In this document: in pieces, positions 24,365 through 37,863 of the stretch
Layout: each line of letters begins with the position of its first letter
Position numbering within the stretch: the stretch's first letter is position 1
From: the human T2T-CHM13v2.0 reference genome, Homo sapiens
Length of the DNA: 64,000 nucleotides
Reading direction: 5' to 3' (one strand)
NCBI RefSeq assembly: GCF_009914755.1
Contig: NC_060927.1
Translations under genes and position numbers: made by a program
Notes under the pieces: generated by a model
Seen by the model: the letters and a program-made list of their open reading frames with translations, nothing else
Database searches by the model: none
Told to the model about the DNA's origin: nothing

Positions 24365-26569
24365 GCCTCTCAAATGCTCTTTGGACTGACTTTAACGTTA
24401 CATTGGGTCCCCCCCCAACAATTAGTGAGCTGAACAAAATCTTGATGTGTTCATTTTATATTTGCATGAGAGCATGAATTTGCCTTTCTGCCAACTGTCT
24501 GAACACAACATTGTTTTAAGAATTGAGATAATGCATATGAAATGTTCAGCATAGGACCTGGGTTACCGATGATTCACTAAATGTCATCTATCACATCACT
24601 CCTATAATCATCTCTATAACTGATCACCAAAAGTATACTATTTAAAACTTTTAATGTGAGGAATGGTTGTTTCTATTTACTCATATTCAAATACAAACAG
24701 AGAGTATTTAATCACTAACTGTGAGAATAGCTCTGAAATTATATACTGTTATCCACAGCTGGGGCCACTTTAAAATCTGGCCTAGAGAGTGATTATCTCA
24801 CACATCACACACCCAGTACGAAAATGGAGTTTTTAAGATATCCACTTTCTAGGCTGCTTGGAGCCTTAGTGCCGTCACCTCTGGTAAACAGGATTCATTA
24901 GAGTGATAATTGACAGTTGTTTCCCTTTCTAAGTGATTGCTCTGTAGTTCCATTATGTTCTGTCAGGGAAGTGCTAGCAATTAATTACCAATAAACTAAA
25001 CACCAGCTCTGCTTGCAGCGGAAGGTTTGGAACCATTTATCTTGGGGGTTGAGGGAGGTGTTTGGGAGAGGGGAAAATCCACCTCACCAAATACATAAAG
25101 TGCTGTGTAAAAACCTTATTACAAGGGTGGGTGGGGATGGTTAGAGGCTCTGGGAGGACAAGAGACCCCCATTTCCACTTCTGACACTTTGGTATATTAA
25201 AAGAAAAAAACCTCAAACCAGTGGTCCAAAAAGTATGGTCCATTTTAACATAGGCTACTTTGAACACTAAAAAAAATACACTGCAGAATGATTATGACAG
25301 TCCCAAGATGACGACAAAACTTTTTGTTTAAGCCAAAAGCATAGCAAGGAAATACTCAAGTGGTGTGACAGAGGACTTTTTACCTTCTATTAAAGATTTT
25401 CTGTGCATTCCTTCTACTGGAAATAATATATAAACTCCAAATTGAGGCTTTTTGTGAAACCCTGAGATCCAAGGGTTTGAGCTTCCTCTCCTCAGTAAGC
25501 CAACAGACTCTGAGGTCAGATTCTTCTGCAAACCATCTGAGATCCTATACCATAGTTGCTTGCTTCCTTTCCTGTTTAACTTTTTTTTTCAATATAGAAC
25601 CATGTGGTGGCTTTTTATATAGATCCTGGGGATACATCCTCGCAGCTCTCCAACTTCCTCTATCAGCTCAAGTCGCTCCCACAGCCACAATGGTCTCTGG
25701 GTTCCCTAGATTCTCACTACATATTACTTACTATAATTTTTAAAATATACTTAATCACACGTGCTTTCAGTCCACTTCACATTCGAGTGTCTCATTTCAT
25801 AAGACTGTAGCTCCTTGAGGACAAGGACACGTCTTCACAGGGTAATTAACAATTACTGAGCACCTGCCTGCTGTCTGGAATCAGGTCATGCAGGCAGAGC
25901 AGGCAGGCAAGAAAGCAAGTAAACAAAGGCAACCTTTATTTACTTCTCCCACATTTCTCTGCCGTGGGAAAGGCAAGTCAAAGCTGAAAGAAAAACCAAA
26001 ATGGATTTCATGGATTTCAGGTCTCCACAGAGCCCATGACCTGTTATTTGAAGGCTTTTGACCCACCAGTATGTCCAAACATCTGTTGACATCTGCCTCT
26101 CTGTTCTGTGGTGTTTTTCAAGGGATGCTAGGTGTTCTTCAAGGTCAAAAGGGAATGGTGCTCTCTTAAAGAAACTGGTGCTGAAAAGAATAAGGGTTTA
26201 GTTACCTGGGGCAAGAAGTAGAACAAGAATTGGGTGGAGGTCAAGAAAAGCCTAAGGCCAAGTGAGAAAGACCAACAGAAGCAAAGGAGACAGACAATCA
26301 ATGATAAATTTCCCCCACCCTAGGCCTAGGGGTCAGTACTGATAAAAGAGGAACAGACCAAAAAGGCACAGGTGCAGGAGGTGACCAGTCCAAGCCTCTC
26401 CAGTTGGCTTCTGAGAGAGCTAACAGCTACTGGGGAAAACTGGAGCCTCCAGTCCAACCTAACCTGGCCTTAAAAGGCACAACCCCCAAGACAAAAGCAC
26501 TCTACGTATTCCTGAAACACACAAGGACACAGATTAGAGGAAAGAAAGAAAACAAAGGGCTCATTTACA

Positions 26570-27335
26570 AATGAAATTTGTAATTGAAATTATTTTGAAA
26601 TTTATTTCAAACTTATCTACATGGTCCAAGAATTAGATGAGTACAGGGGACAACTGTGTATGCCCCAGATTCACTGGTTATTATATTTTTCCCCATCTGC
26701 CTATCATTTGTGCACTTTCTTGCTTGCTTTCTCTCTGTATACACACTATTTTTTCCTGCTTCCTTTGAAAATAAATTGCATTTAGCGCATACTTCTTAAA
26801 ACTAAAACTAAAGATATTCTTTTCCACCCCAGTACAGTTACTAATTTCAGTAAATGGAGCATTGGTACAATATTATATCCAGTCCACTGTCTTCTGTTTC
26901 TCAATTTTGTCAATTAACCCAACGTCATCCCTTTTGGCATCTTCCCCTCTTTAATATAAAATCCAGTATAGGATCTTATTTAGTGTTCCTAACTCTTAAG
27001 TCTCCTTTAACCTCAAACATTACTTTGTCTTTCTGTTTTCTTTTTTAACAGTACACCTCCATGCCCCAAACCCCTCTACCCCAACGTGTGTGTGTGTGTG
27101 TGTGTTTCATTTTGTTTAAATAGAACTATTCCTCATTTGGGGGTTCTCTGCTGTGTCCTTGAGTTTAGATTCAGGTTGTATATTCTGGACCCAAGTACCA
27201 TATTGGTTATGCTTCTCAGGGTACTGCATCAGGAGACACACACATATCTCTTTGCTCATGAATGGTGATGTGAATTCTGATCACAGGTCAAGATGTTGTC
27301 TGGTTTCTTCACTATATGGCTACTGTGTTTTTCCA
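26570..27335 (-). mobile_element. L1MC4/MC5-type 3' end with internal (TG)n at 27086-27105
   Basis: cccagattcac...; ttagattcaggttgtata; gcatcaggagacaca; ggtgatgtgaattctgatcac. Confidence 0.7.
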
Positions 27336-27809
27336 AACACAAGACTGCTTAATATTCTGAGTGTATATTAGGCAGGCAAAGAATCTAGCTCATTATATTT
27401 TAGTTATACACTAACAAAGTACGCACATTTATAAAAGCTTACAGTTGTATTTTGTTTGTCTAAAATAATGACACATTAGGACCAATGCATAATTGCTCAC
27501 TCTGTGTTGTCTACCATTCTGAGCTATAAGCTTTTATTATGCAAAGGCTGTGGTTTGTGAGCTATCATTTGTATGGGCTCCTTCAGGCCCTCTCAATAAA
27601 ATGACACATACAACAACCAATAAACATGCCCTTTTCTTAAACATGGTCGGGGTGGACTTTCACATTTCATAGAGCATCTCAGGGCTGTTCAAGCTAACAG
27701 ATATTTGAAATCAATTAGTCCAACCCACACATTTTTACAGTTGAGAAAATCAAGACCTAAGGAAGAAAAAAACGACTTGCCTAAGGTAATACAGTATAAT
27801 AGTTCTTTA

Positions 27810-28330
27810 TAAACTGAATTATAAAATCAATTTAGTGGGCCGTGACCAGCATGTTTTAAACTGAAATACAATTTTTAAAAAAATCTGAGTACTTAGCATA
27901 CAGCAAGGGTAAACACTGTTTGGTGAAACCTTTAATTATATATGTGTAGGAGTATAGATGCTCTCCTGTACTAATGGGATAAAAAAATCTTTTTTTTAAG
28001 ATGGGGGTAGCCCAGGCTGGAGTGCAGTGGCATGGTCATAGCTCACTATAACCTCAAACACCTGGGCTCAAGCAATCCTCCTGCCTTAGCCTCCTGAGTA
28101 ACTAGAATTATAGGCATACACCATCATGCCTGGCTGATTTTTTTTAAAAATTTTTTTGTACAGACAAGGTCTCACTATGTTGCCTAGGCTGGTCTCGAAC
28201 TCCTGAGCACAAGTGATCCTCCTTGCCTTGGCCCCCCAAAGTGCCAGGACCTTAGCCATGAGCCACCTCACCCAGCCACAAAATGTATTTCTTACTGAAT
28301 TCTGTGGTTAAAATCCTTTAAAGAACTCCA
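27810..28330. mobile_element. MER112-like hAT element split by an AluJ
   Basis: aaatcaatttagtgggccgtgaccagca...agggtaaacactgtttggtgaaac; resumes aaaatgtatttcttactg after the Alu. Confidence 0.65.
27990..28277 (-). mobile_element. AluJ
   Basis: J diagnostics catagctcact, ctgggctcaagcaatcctcc, ggtctcactatgttgcc. Confidence 0.9.
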
Positions 28331-28409
28331 TTAGAACTAACCCAAAACCAGTGGTCATTCTACCAGGAAAGTGTTTTTGCAAAGTTTAGTGTGAAAACAA
28401 ATAAAGGTT

Positions 28410-28530
28410 GAAATGCAGCTTCTGATTTAACAGTTCTGGTATGGACCTGAGATTCTGCATTTCCAATAGGTTCCTAGGGGAGATCTAAGCTGCTCCTGCC
28501 AGCCTATCAACTACCTTTGAGAAGTATGAT
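28410..28530. mobile_element. MER5A/B fragment
   Basis: cctgagattctgcatttccaataggttcctaggg. Confidence 0.6.
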
Positions 28531-30510
28531 TAAAAAACACTGCATCTGAGGGAGGACCTACTTTATTTTTAACAACGCCTCCCTGAAGTAGGTACTATGT
28601 ATATACATACGTATATACACACACACAATTTTTTTGCTAACAATTTGAATAGGAACAACTAATTCTTGAAAATGTTTAAAAATAACAAAACAAAACCTTC
28701 CACAAAGAATCACCTCAATTCACTACAGAGAAAATGTGCTAATTGTGATGGTAATAAGAGCGCTGGTATTTACTGGTGTTCACAATGACACGCATGAGAC
28801 CGAGTGCATCCATAACCCAGTTGATTCAGGTTGATATGATTTCCCCCAGATTACAGATGAAGAAACAGACCCAAATTAGTTTATTTTCTCCAAGGTCATC
28901 TTGCTTGAGAGTGGAGGGACACAGATTAGCATCCAGCCAATTAATTCCTAAGGCCATACTCCTATCATACTCACTGACTCACAGATGTATGTTATCCACA
29001 CACCTATGCACATGCTCTAAACATTACATATGATATAAATACATATTTAGATACGTGCATTAGCACCTTGGCATACACTTTTATAAACACTCTACAATAT
29101 TCAGGAGTCAGGGATCACAAGAGGAAACTAATATGTAAAAACCCAGTTCTCTAAAATTAGGTGCCTTCTCAAGTAGGTCAAGCAACCGCATTTATATTGT
29201 CTACATTAAAGGGATCTCTTGAAAACAGTCACATTAGCAGAATACAGGGGCTGAGTGAGCAGGCTGGCAGGGGAGGAGTGTGAGCAGGCTAACGACTAGA
29301 GCTACAAACAAGATTCCATCACCTATAACTTAGATTTCATGTGGTATATTTAGTTCAAACCCTGTCACTTTATACAAATAGGTTGTCACGTAAAGTGCAA
29401 ACAACTCTCTTTTGACAAAGTGATACTGCTGTGGTGCTGGGTTGATGGCTTTATATTCCACAAAGCTTTTTAAGTGACAAATGATAGCTGAGTCTTGAAA
29501 ATATGGTGATATGAAATGACTGCATAAATCCTTTCAGGCTTCCCGGGGGGAGCAAAAGCATAGCATTTTGCAATTAATTAAAAAAGAAAATCTGAGAGGA
29601 TGAGGTTAGATCTTTCTAATCTTGACTCTGTGCAAACGGACTTTGAAGTTACTGGCACAAAATTGAGAGATGGCCCCAGAAAAGTCTTCAAATGAGATGT
29701 ACAATGTTGTTTAAAGATCAGGCTCAAGTGCTGCTCTTGGCCCAAATGAGGCCAGGCAAGGGTGCAATAATTATCTCTGCTAGAGACTGTTGGTGCACTG
29801 GCGTTGAAATCTTTTGATATGTTGGATAATGCAGATTTTGTGTGCACACATTGCTTTCCCAAGCTGTCTACATCAGTGTCATGTTCAAATGAAGCCGAAT
29901 AGTTTAAAAGGCTCGCTTTCACACTGGCTTTATTTAGCTTGCATAAACATTTCCCTTCAATCTCATATAAAGTCTTGCTGCGTAAATGCAGCTGTCCTGC
30001 TCTTGTGTCTTAATACAGATCTTTACAAAGAGGCCTGTTGGGCAACATATTTCTGGTAGATGATTAATAAGAGATATAGGATTTCTTTTAAAAAAAATCA
30101 TGCTCTGACTACAGAGGGCAAATTCATTACCCATAAATCAAAAGGAGTAAGGGATTTCAGTAGTATCAGAAGCCTTATCTGGCTTCAATCTGACAGTTAA
30201 CTGTAGGCCGTGAATGATTAAATAAAAGTCTAAGTTCACCCGAGCCTGGATAAAATAAAACTCAAAGCCCAGAAACTTCAAATAAAATAAGAAAAAATCA
30301 TAATTTTTCACCTCAAAAGGAAACTGAGAAGAGAAGTATGATGTGACAGAAACTATGATTTCAAATGGAGGGTTTCTTTTGTTGTTTGTTTTTCAGAACT
30401 AGACTCACATTTTACAAAAGGCTCCCTACCCATAAGGAAGAAAGTTTTGAGAGTAATGAGGTTGATCTGAACTGTTAAAAACTTTCTAACTGAGATATAG
30501 CAACATATGG

Positions 30511-31137
30511 TGTGGCAGAATAAAAATGGCCACAAAATCTTTAACATTCCTTCCATCCAGAAGTGAGGGGTCTATGTTCCTTCTCCCTGAGTAAGGTGGG
30601 GCCACTGAGTATTTTCACTAAGAGAATTCAGCAGAGGCTGGGTGCGGTGGCTCATGCCTGTAATCCCAGCACTTTAGGAGGCCAATGCAGCAGGATCACT
30701 CGAGTCCCAAGTTCAAGAATAGCCTGGGCAACACAGTGAGAGCCTGTCTCTATTTTAAAATTTAAAATAATAATAATAAAAGAATTCAGCAGAACTTACT
30801 ATGCCCAGGCCTCAAGAAACTGGCATTTCTCTTCAAACACTAGCTTTCAAATCCTGAATTGCTCTAAGATAAGAAGTCTGCCACCCTGAGGCTACCATAT
30901 TATGAGGAAGCCCAAGACAGCATGTGGCGAGAGAAAGGGAAAGATGCCCACCCAACCTCCAGCTATCTGAGTCATCCCAGCTGAGGCTCCAGACATTAAT
31001 GAACTGCAGTAAGCTATTCATCCTAATGCCCTGTGGGAATCTCTCACCCACAACCTTGGGAGACATAATAATAATAAATTGTCTTCAGCTATTGTGTTAT
31101 GGAGTAGTTTGTTACACAGCAACAGATAGCCAGAACA
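30511..31137 (+). mobile_element. MLT1H/G-like LTR containing a FLAM
   Basis: tgtggcagaataaaaatggccacaaa...gtagtttgttacacagcaacagatagccagaaca. Confidence 0.8.
30636..30780 (+). mobile_element. FLAM_C-like free left Alu monomer
   Basis: Left arm only with A-rich tail; perfect 13-bp TSD AGAATTCAGCAGA (30623-30635, 30781-30793). Confidence 0.9.
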
Positions 31138-31680
31138 TACAATAAAATGGGCTAATCTTAAGTGTATAGCTCTGCTCTTTTGCATATGTATACACACGAG
31201 TAACCACCACCTAGGTCATAAGACATGTTTCCAGAAGCCTCTCTCTGACCCTACCCAGACATTTCCCTCAATAAACATCCCCATCCTACCCCCACACAAA
31301 TAAGAAACCAGTATCCTAGCTTCTATTATGATAGACAAGTTTTGTCAGTTCTTGAATTTCATGTGTAGGAAATCACATAGAAGGTACGCTCTAGCATCCA
31401 GCTTCTTCCGTTCAACATACTATCTGTGAAATTCATCACTGCTGCTGCACAGGGCAGTAGATGGTATGTTTTCATTGCTCTGAAGTGTTGCATTTTGTAA
31501 GTATACTACAATTATCCATTCTGCTGCTGCTGATGGATATTTGGTTGCTTCCAGTTTGGGGCTTTTATGAATAAAGCTGTTATGAACATTCTCATACATC
31601 TTCCTGGTGGACAAATGCACTCATTTCTCTTGGGTATATACCTAGAAGTAAAGTTGCTGGATCGCAGGGCAGTGCACTCA
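31138..31680 (-). mobile_element. L1ME/MB 3'UTR fragment
   Basis: gatggatatttggttgcttccagtttggggcttttatgaataaagctg...cttgggtatatacctagaagt. Confidence 0.8.
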
Positions 31681-32689
31681 TTTGGTAAAGTATTAGTTCA
31701 TATTCCAACTACTCAAAGAATTGCTCATCTGGGCCACGTTATCATTGTTTTCTCCCCTATAACTAGCAAATATTGAGGCAAAATCATGCTGCATTAAATT
31801 AAGCAATTTATGATTTGTCCTTCCATATTGACCTTTCCTGACTAACTACACAATAGTATTGTTCTCAATGATGTCTACTGTCATGAACATGACATTGTTC
31901 TTGGAAAAATCCTATCAGGCAAAGTCAACCTCTAAAATAGCATTGTAATAAATATGCAGAAATGTCACTTTTTGCATTAGCCCAAAGGTTTTGTATAGCT
32001 TAAGGATACATGCAGTAAGCTAACTATAAAAATAGAAACTTGACAGTGGGGATGTATGTGTGTGTCAAAATAATATTACTCTTTCTGGGTGTATGGCAGA
32101 AAAAATGACACTACATCCACCAGCATGATTTTTATAGATCTGCCTCTTTGCCAGATGTCACCTTTTATAAACTGCTTTATAAAAACATGACAGTATAAGT
32201 GCAATAGTGTGTTTATTGCTTGATAAACTTTAGTAATAAACTTAGGATAGGTTGAAAATTAAAGCCTTAGAGCCTATTCATTAAGCATTTAGGACAAGTG
32301 AGTAAGCAAAAAATGCAAACTATTAAATCCTAAATGTATGCAGATCAAGCCACTAGCAGCAAGCACTATTTCTCAATCAGTATGTCTTATGGAAATATCT
32401 GCCAGTTTCCTTGTCATTGAGCTAAATGCATTACAGCCACATCTAAAGCATGCCATTTGCATTGCTACAAATTTGAATGAAATCCAGAATGTTACAACTG
32501 CCACAGGCTCACTCAAAACAGATTAAGTCTTTTTCAAAACTGTTCTGTAACTTAGCACAGCATATTTTACATATGGCAAACCATGGTTCCAACAACTACT
32601 TTTCTGAAAAGACTTGAAAAGACTTTAAGGAATTTCTTAAAATAATTTCATAGCACACACTCAATATTTTGATTACTGATGGATTATAC

Positions 32690-32870
32690 ACAGCAATGTA
32701 GTGTGGTCTGAGGACTTTGGATTACCTGCAGAGCTTGTTAAATAGAGCGATCCTGTAGTCCTTTCCTAATCGATTGAAATAAAATCTCTGGAACAAGGGA
32801 CCCAAGAACTAGGATTTTATTAAGTAATTCCAAATGATCCTTATTCACAATAAAATGTGTTAACCATAGC
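32690..32870. mobile_element. MER5A-like hAT fossil
   Basis: agtgtggtc...gagcttgttaaa...aatctctgg...gatccttattcacaataaa. Confidence 0.55.
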
Positions 32871-33380
32871 TATACAGTAATCTAATAAAAAGAAACTTTA
32901 CAGGAAAGTATATTGGCCCAGAAGGGTGTCATTTTAAGTGAATAATGTATTCTTACATTCTTAGGTTCAAACTGTTACTCAACATTATATTTTTAAAAAT
33001 TCAAATGGCTTATATTAGTTCATATTCCTTTTTTTTCTTGTAGTTATGTATGAACACCCACAAAATAAAATCTACTTAAGAACTTTTGAAAATCAATCCC
33101 TATAACAAGTGCATATATAACTAAATTTTCCTGATGATTCTATTCATCCTGGACTGACAATTGTTATCTTTGTAATTGATAAATGAAAAAAGCAGTAAAA
33201 TAAAACAATCCCTTTACCAAATGGTCTATTAGAATTCCTCTGATGCTCATCACATTTTTCCACTGCTTACTATTCACCCCCAGATCTCATAAAATATTTC
33301 AGTAGTTAACTACAGCAAAGCTACTAACATGCAGTTTGTGTTGGGTGGATCCTCACAAAAGTGATGCTAATATATTGGAA

Positions 33381-33450
33381 ATATATATACATATATCATT
33401 ATATATAATTATATATATCATTATATAATCATATAATATGTAATTATATA

Positions 33451-33486
<36 letters not shown>

Positions 33487-33490
33487 ATAT
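33381..33490. repeat. (TA)n/(TG)n compound microsatellite
   Basis: atatatatacatatatcattatata...tgtgtgtg...tatatata. Confidence 0.9.
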
Positions 33491-33610
33491 TTTCCCCATT
33501 AACAAATCAGTGTGCCAACATGACAACAAGTAGGAGAGACTGTCAAAGCTTCACAGTTGCTACAGAACTCTAGTACTGGGAAGTACTAGTTCAAAATTCC
33601 ATTCTGGGCA

Positions 33611-33924
<314 letters not shown>

Positions 33925-34548
33925 CCATTCTGGGCATCTTAAACAAAAGCAAAAACAAAAAACCCTGAACACATCATGGTATAATGCAGTGATAAAGCAA
34001 TGTAGGGCTTTTCTGGACATTAAAATGTTTGAAAATAAGCACCAAGAAAAAAATCACATTAAGGAGCAAAAATTACAGTAACTGCTTGCCTTTTTCTTTG
34101 GACATCAAAAGAAAGAACTAACAAAAGGAAAGTCTTGCTCGATTTCTGATCATTTTATTTATCTTATTGTGAAAGAAACAACACTGAATCAAGAGTGAAA
34201 TAGAAATCAACCAAATGAAATGACAGCAAAAGTTGCAAAGAAAGGCATCTGGGGGGTGAAAAAATAAATGTTCCTTCACAGAAAGAAACCAGTTGTTTAA
34301 AAACAAAACAGAACAAAACAAAAACTTACAAAAACACAGAAATAGGTCAAGCAAATTCTACCCAAATCCCTCTTCCTTTGGGCCTTGTCACAACAAGTAA
34401 ACCTCATCAGAGGGGTCAAGACCACAATGACTGACATCCTGATCATGTGATGTGATGGACAGAGAACTTGACTCCGAGTCAGCAGAATCGTATAGTCCAG
34501 TTTGACTTCAATACTCATTAATTCACCTTTTAAAAGTTTCTGACTCTC

Positions 34549-35045
34549 TGCATTCATTTTTGATTGCTGCTGTAACAAGTTATCACAAACTGAGTGGTTA
34601 AAAATAATACAAATATATTATCTTACAGTTCTGGAAGCCAGAAGTACAAAATCAGTTTCACTGAGCTAAAGTCAAGTTGTTGGCAGGCTGATTCTTTCTA
34701 GAGATTCGGAAGGAAGAATGGATTTCCATCTTTTCCAGCTTCTAGTGGCTGCCTATACTCCTTGGTTTGTAGTTCTTTCCCTCATCTCCAAAGTGCATCC
34801 TCCAGTTTCCGCCTCTGTTGTCACATGGCCTGCTCTCTGATTCTGACCTTCCTCCTGCCTTCCTCTTCTTACAAAGACACTATGACTACCCTGCACCCAC
34901 CCACTTTATCCAGGATAACTTCCCCATCTTAAGATTCTTAACCTGATCACATCTGCAAAGTCCCTTTTGCCACATAAGGTAACATTCACAGGTACCAGGA
35001 ATTAGGACATGGACATACTTGGGGGCCATCACTCAGCCTACCATA
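34549..35045 (-). mobile_element. MLT1D-like solo LTR
   Basis: attgctgctgtaacaa...cttacagttctggaagccagaag...cacatctgcaaagtcccttttgcca...cagcctaccata. Confidence 0.85.
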
Positions 35046-37030
35046 ATCTCTTTGGATTTTCTTCTTAATACTAGTTCATTCTTTGTTCATTTACTCATCC
35101 ACCCACCCACTCACCCATCACCCTCACTCTACAGGAGTTGGCCACAGCTTCCCGACTAGTATGGCAGAACAAAACGGTGTGTTGTAAACCTTCAAAGGAT
35201 CTGCTGACAAGTTCTGATCAATATGTATAATTGATTTTTGCTGCAACAGAGTACACATTCTGACAGGGTGATGTTTTTAAGGGAAAAAAAAAAAACAACG
35301 AACAGAGTAGATGATGGAACGGTATATAGATTGGGATAACTGACTGCCAGTAAAAGGGCAGAGACATTGATTCACATTAAGGTGGGACCAAAGAAATGTA
35401 TCAGGTTTTCTGGAATGTGCAGAACTGTGTTTACAGGAAGATACAGAAATTTGTCTCATGAGCACATAGAAGTCCGTGACCAGAACAGCAAACAGCCCAA
35501 CTCAAACAGCAGCACAGCCACAATGAAACCGCACAAATAAAGTGATCACCGTGGAAGCTTCCAGAGACACTGAGGGGGGCTGTTTCTCCCCAGCAGTGGT
35601 TGCACTGTAATTACCATAGTTCGTTTGGGGTTGCCGACTTTTGGTCTTTTCATGCCAGGATGGACTCCTGGTTCTGAGGGTAGAATCATCTTTCTTTAAT
35701 TTCATGGGAAGGGGTAGGGTAGGTGCCTACACAAAACAGGGTTTTATCAGGAAGAAAAACAGGAAAACGACCTAAGAGGATGCACAATAGCAGCTCTCAC
35801 AAAACCGCAGTCACTGGGGGCTCTTTCAGTACCTCAATTTAAAGCGCTCCGTAGGATGACAACTTATATCTTAATTTCTCCCACACAAAATCCCTCTAAG
35901 GTGAGTTTCTTTAGGCACCATCCAGACCACATTTTAAGTTACACCATTTAAAATAAACTTTTTAAATTCAGAGAAAACTATCCAAGTACGTTGACACTCT
36001 TACGTTGTTTATGTATAAAAACAATTACAACGTTAAGCTTCCTCTTCATTTCAAATTTGTTTATTCTTACATAAGCTTCTAGACAAAAGCATACTCTCTG
36101 AAGGAAAACTGGGGCAGATGGGGGTGGCGCAGGATAGCGGCAGCGTTATTGTGACTAGGTGGTGGTTAAGAAAATATTTTCAAGACAACAACCTGAAAAT
36201 CAGGCTTAAGTGCCAGAAGTAAACCAAAAAGAAGCAATAGCAAGTGACAAAAATGGCTAACTGGAGAGGAAAAAAAATAGGATTTCAATTAAATCATAAA
36301 CGATGGCTAATAAAGTGCGTTTTAACAGCTGTAACGCTAAACATAATGCATCTTACTCTGTTTTAATTCAAATATTAATCCTTGTCCAATCACTGTAATG
36401 GGAGAAAAATGGTATGCTCTGAATGTCACATTCGAATTGGGTAGCAATTATCTTCCTGGTATCAATGTCAGACATTCACATAAATCTTTAAAAAATGATA
36501 AACTTACCCAAAAACATCCAATCAAATAAAATGAAAAGATTTCTATAAAACTTGTGCTATAATTTATTTAAAATTACAAGTAACATAAGAAAGATGGATA
36601 ATTACAATTAGGGAGATATAAATTTGAAATGGAGGAACATATTAATATTTTAATCTTTCTGATAATTCTTTAAAATTACCTAATATTTTTATATCAGCAA
36701 ATATTGCCTCAAGGACTCAATTGAAACCCAAATCGTAATGATCACTATTTAACTAATTTATTAAATAAAACATGTTCAATTGTACACTAAATCAAATGAC
36801 ATGGCCATCATAATGGCAGAGCTACAAATTTTAATGAGACTGAAGAAAACAGTAAAAGGTCTTTGAACCTGTTATCCATGTGATCACAGATACCGAAAAC
36901 ATGCTTGTTTCTCTCCTTTGTGGAGGCTCAGGGACTCCCCAACTCTAAGCAACAGTTATAATAATATTTACTACGTGCTTCCCACCCTGCGAATAATGGA
37001 CAGGCAGTATCTCATTACATTCTGACAGCA

Positions 37031-37322
37031 GGCCAGGTACAGTGGCTCATGCCTGCAATTCCAGTACTCTGGGAGGCTGGGGCAGGCAGATCACTTGAGC
37101 TCAGGAGTTCAAGATCAGCCTGGGCAACATGGTGAATCCCCATCTCTAAAATACAAAAAATAGCCAGGCGTGGTGGCATACACCTGCAGTCTCAGCTACT
37201 CAGTAGGCTGAGACAGGAGTATTGTTTGAACTCCGGAGGTCAAGTCTGCAGAGAGCCACAACTGCACCACTGTACTCCAGCCTGGTGACAGATCAAGACT
37301 AGGTCTCAAAAAACCAAAAAAA
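37031..37322 (+). mobile_element. AluJb-like
   Basis: gatcacttgagctcaggagttc, ggaggtcaag.ctgca; degenerate TSD attctgacagc/attcttatagc. Confidence 0.9.
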
Positions 37323-37499
37323 ATTCTTATAGCCACCTAAAAGGTTATCTTCACTTAAGAGATGCGTAATCAGGCATTGAGGGGTTACAAAACTTGCACA
37401 AGATCCCAGAACTAAGGGGCAGAGGAACTCCAAAGCCTGTAGGAGAACTGCTGAAATCTGAGGATCTCCTCTCTCTGTATATATTTAAAATATGATTTC

Positions 37500-37863
37500 T
37501 GTCTCAGTCTATTGAAGCTGCTCTATCAAAATGCCTTAAATTGGGTGATGTATAAATAATAGAAATTTATTTTTCACAGTTCTGGAGGCTGAGAAGCCCA
37601 AGATGAAGGTGCTGGCAGCTTCAGAGCCTGGTGAGGGCTTGCTCTCTGCTTTAAGATGGCGCCTTCTTGAAGCATCTTCAGTGGTAGAAGGGGCAAGGAA
37701 GCTCCCTCCAACCTCCTTTAAGAGGGTGCTAATCCCATTCATGAGGGCAGAGCCCTCGTGACTTAATCACTTCCCAGAAGGTCCTACCTCTTAATAGAAT
37801 CATGTTGGGTATTAGGTTCCAACATATAACTTTTGGAAGAACACAAACATTCAGACCTTAGCA
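37500..37863 (-). mobile_element. MLT1A-like solo LTR
   Basis: cacagttctggaggctg...ctaatcccattcatgagggcagagccctc...acacaaacattcagaccttagca. Confidence 0.85.

Noticed and set aside
25863-25909. Hairpin cctgcctgct...agcaggcagg as a pre-miRNA
   Set aside because: Stem about 13 bp and made of low-complexity CAGG repeats; too short for a Drosha substrate
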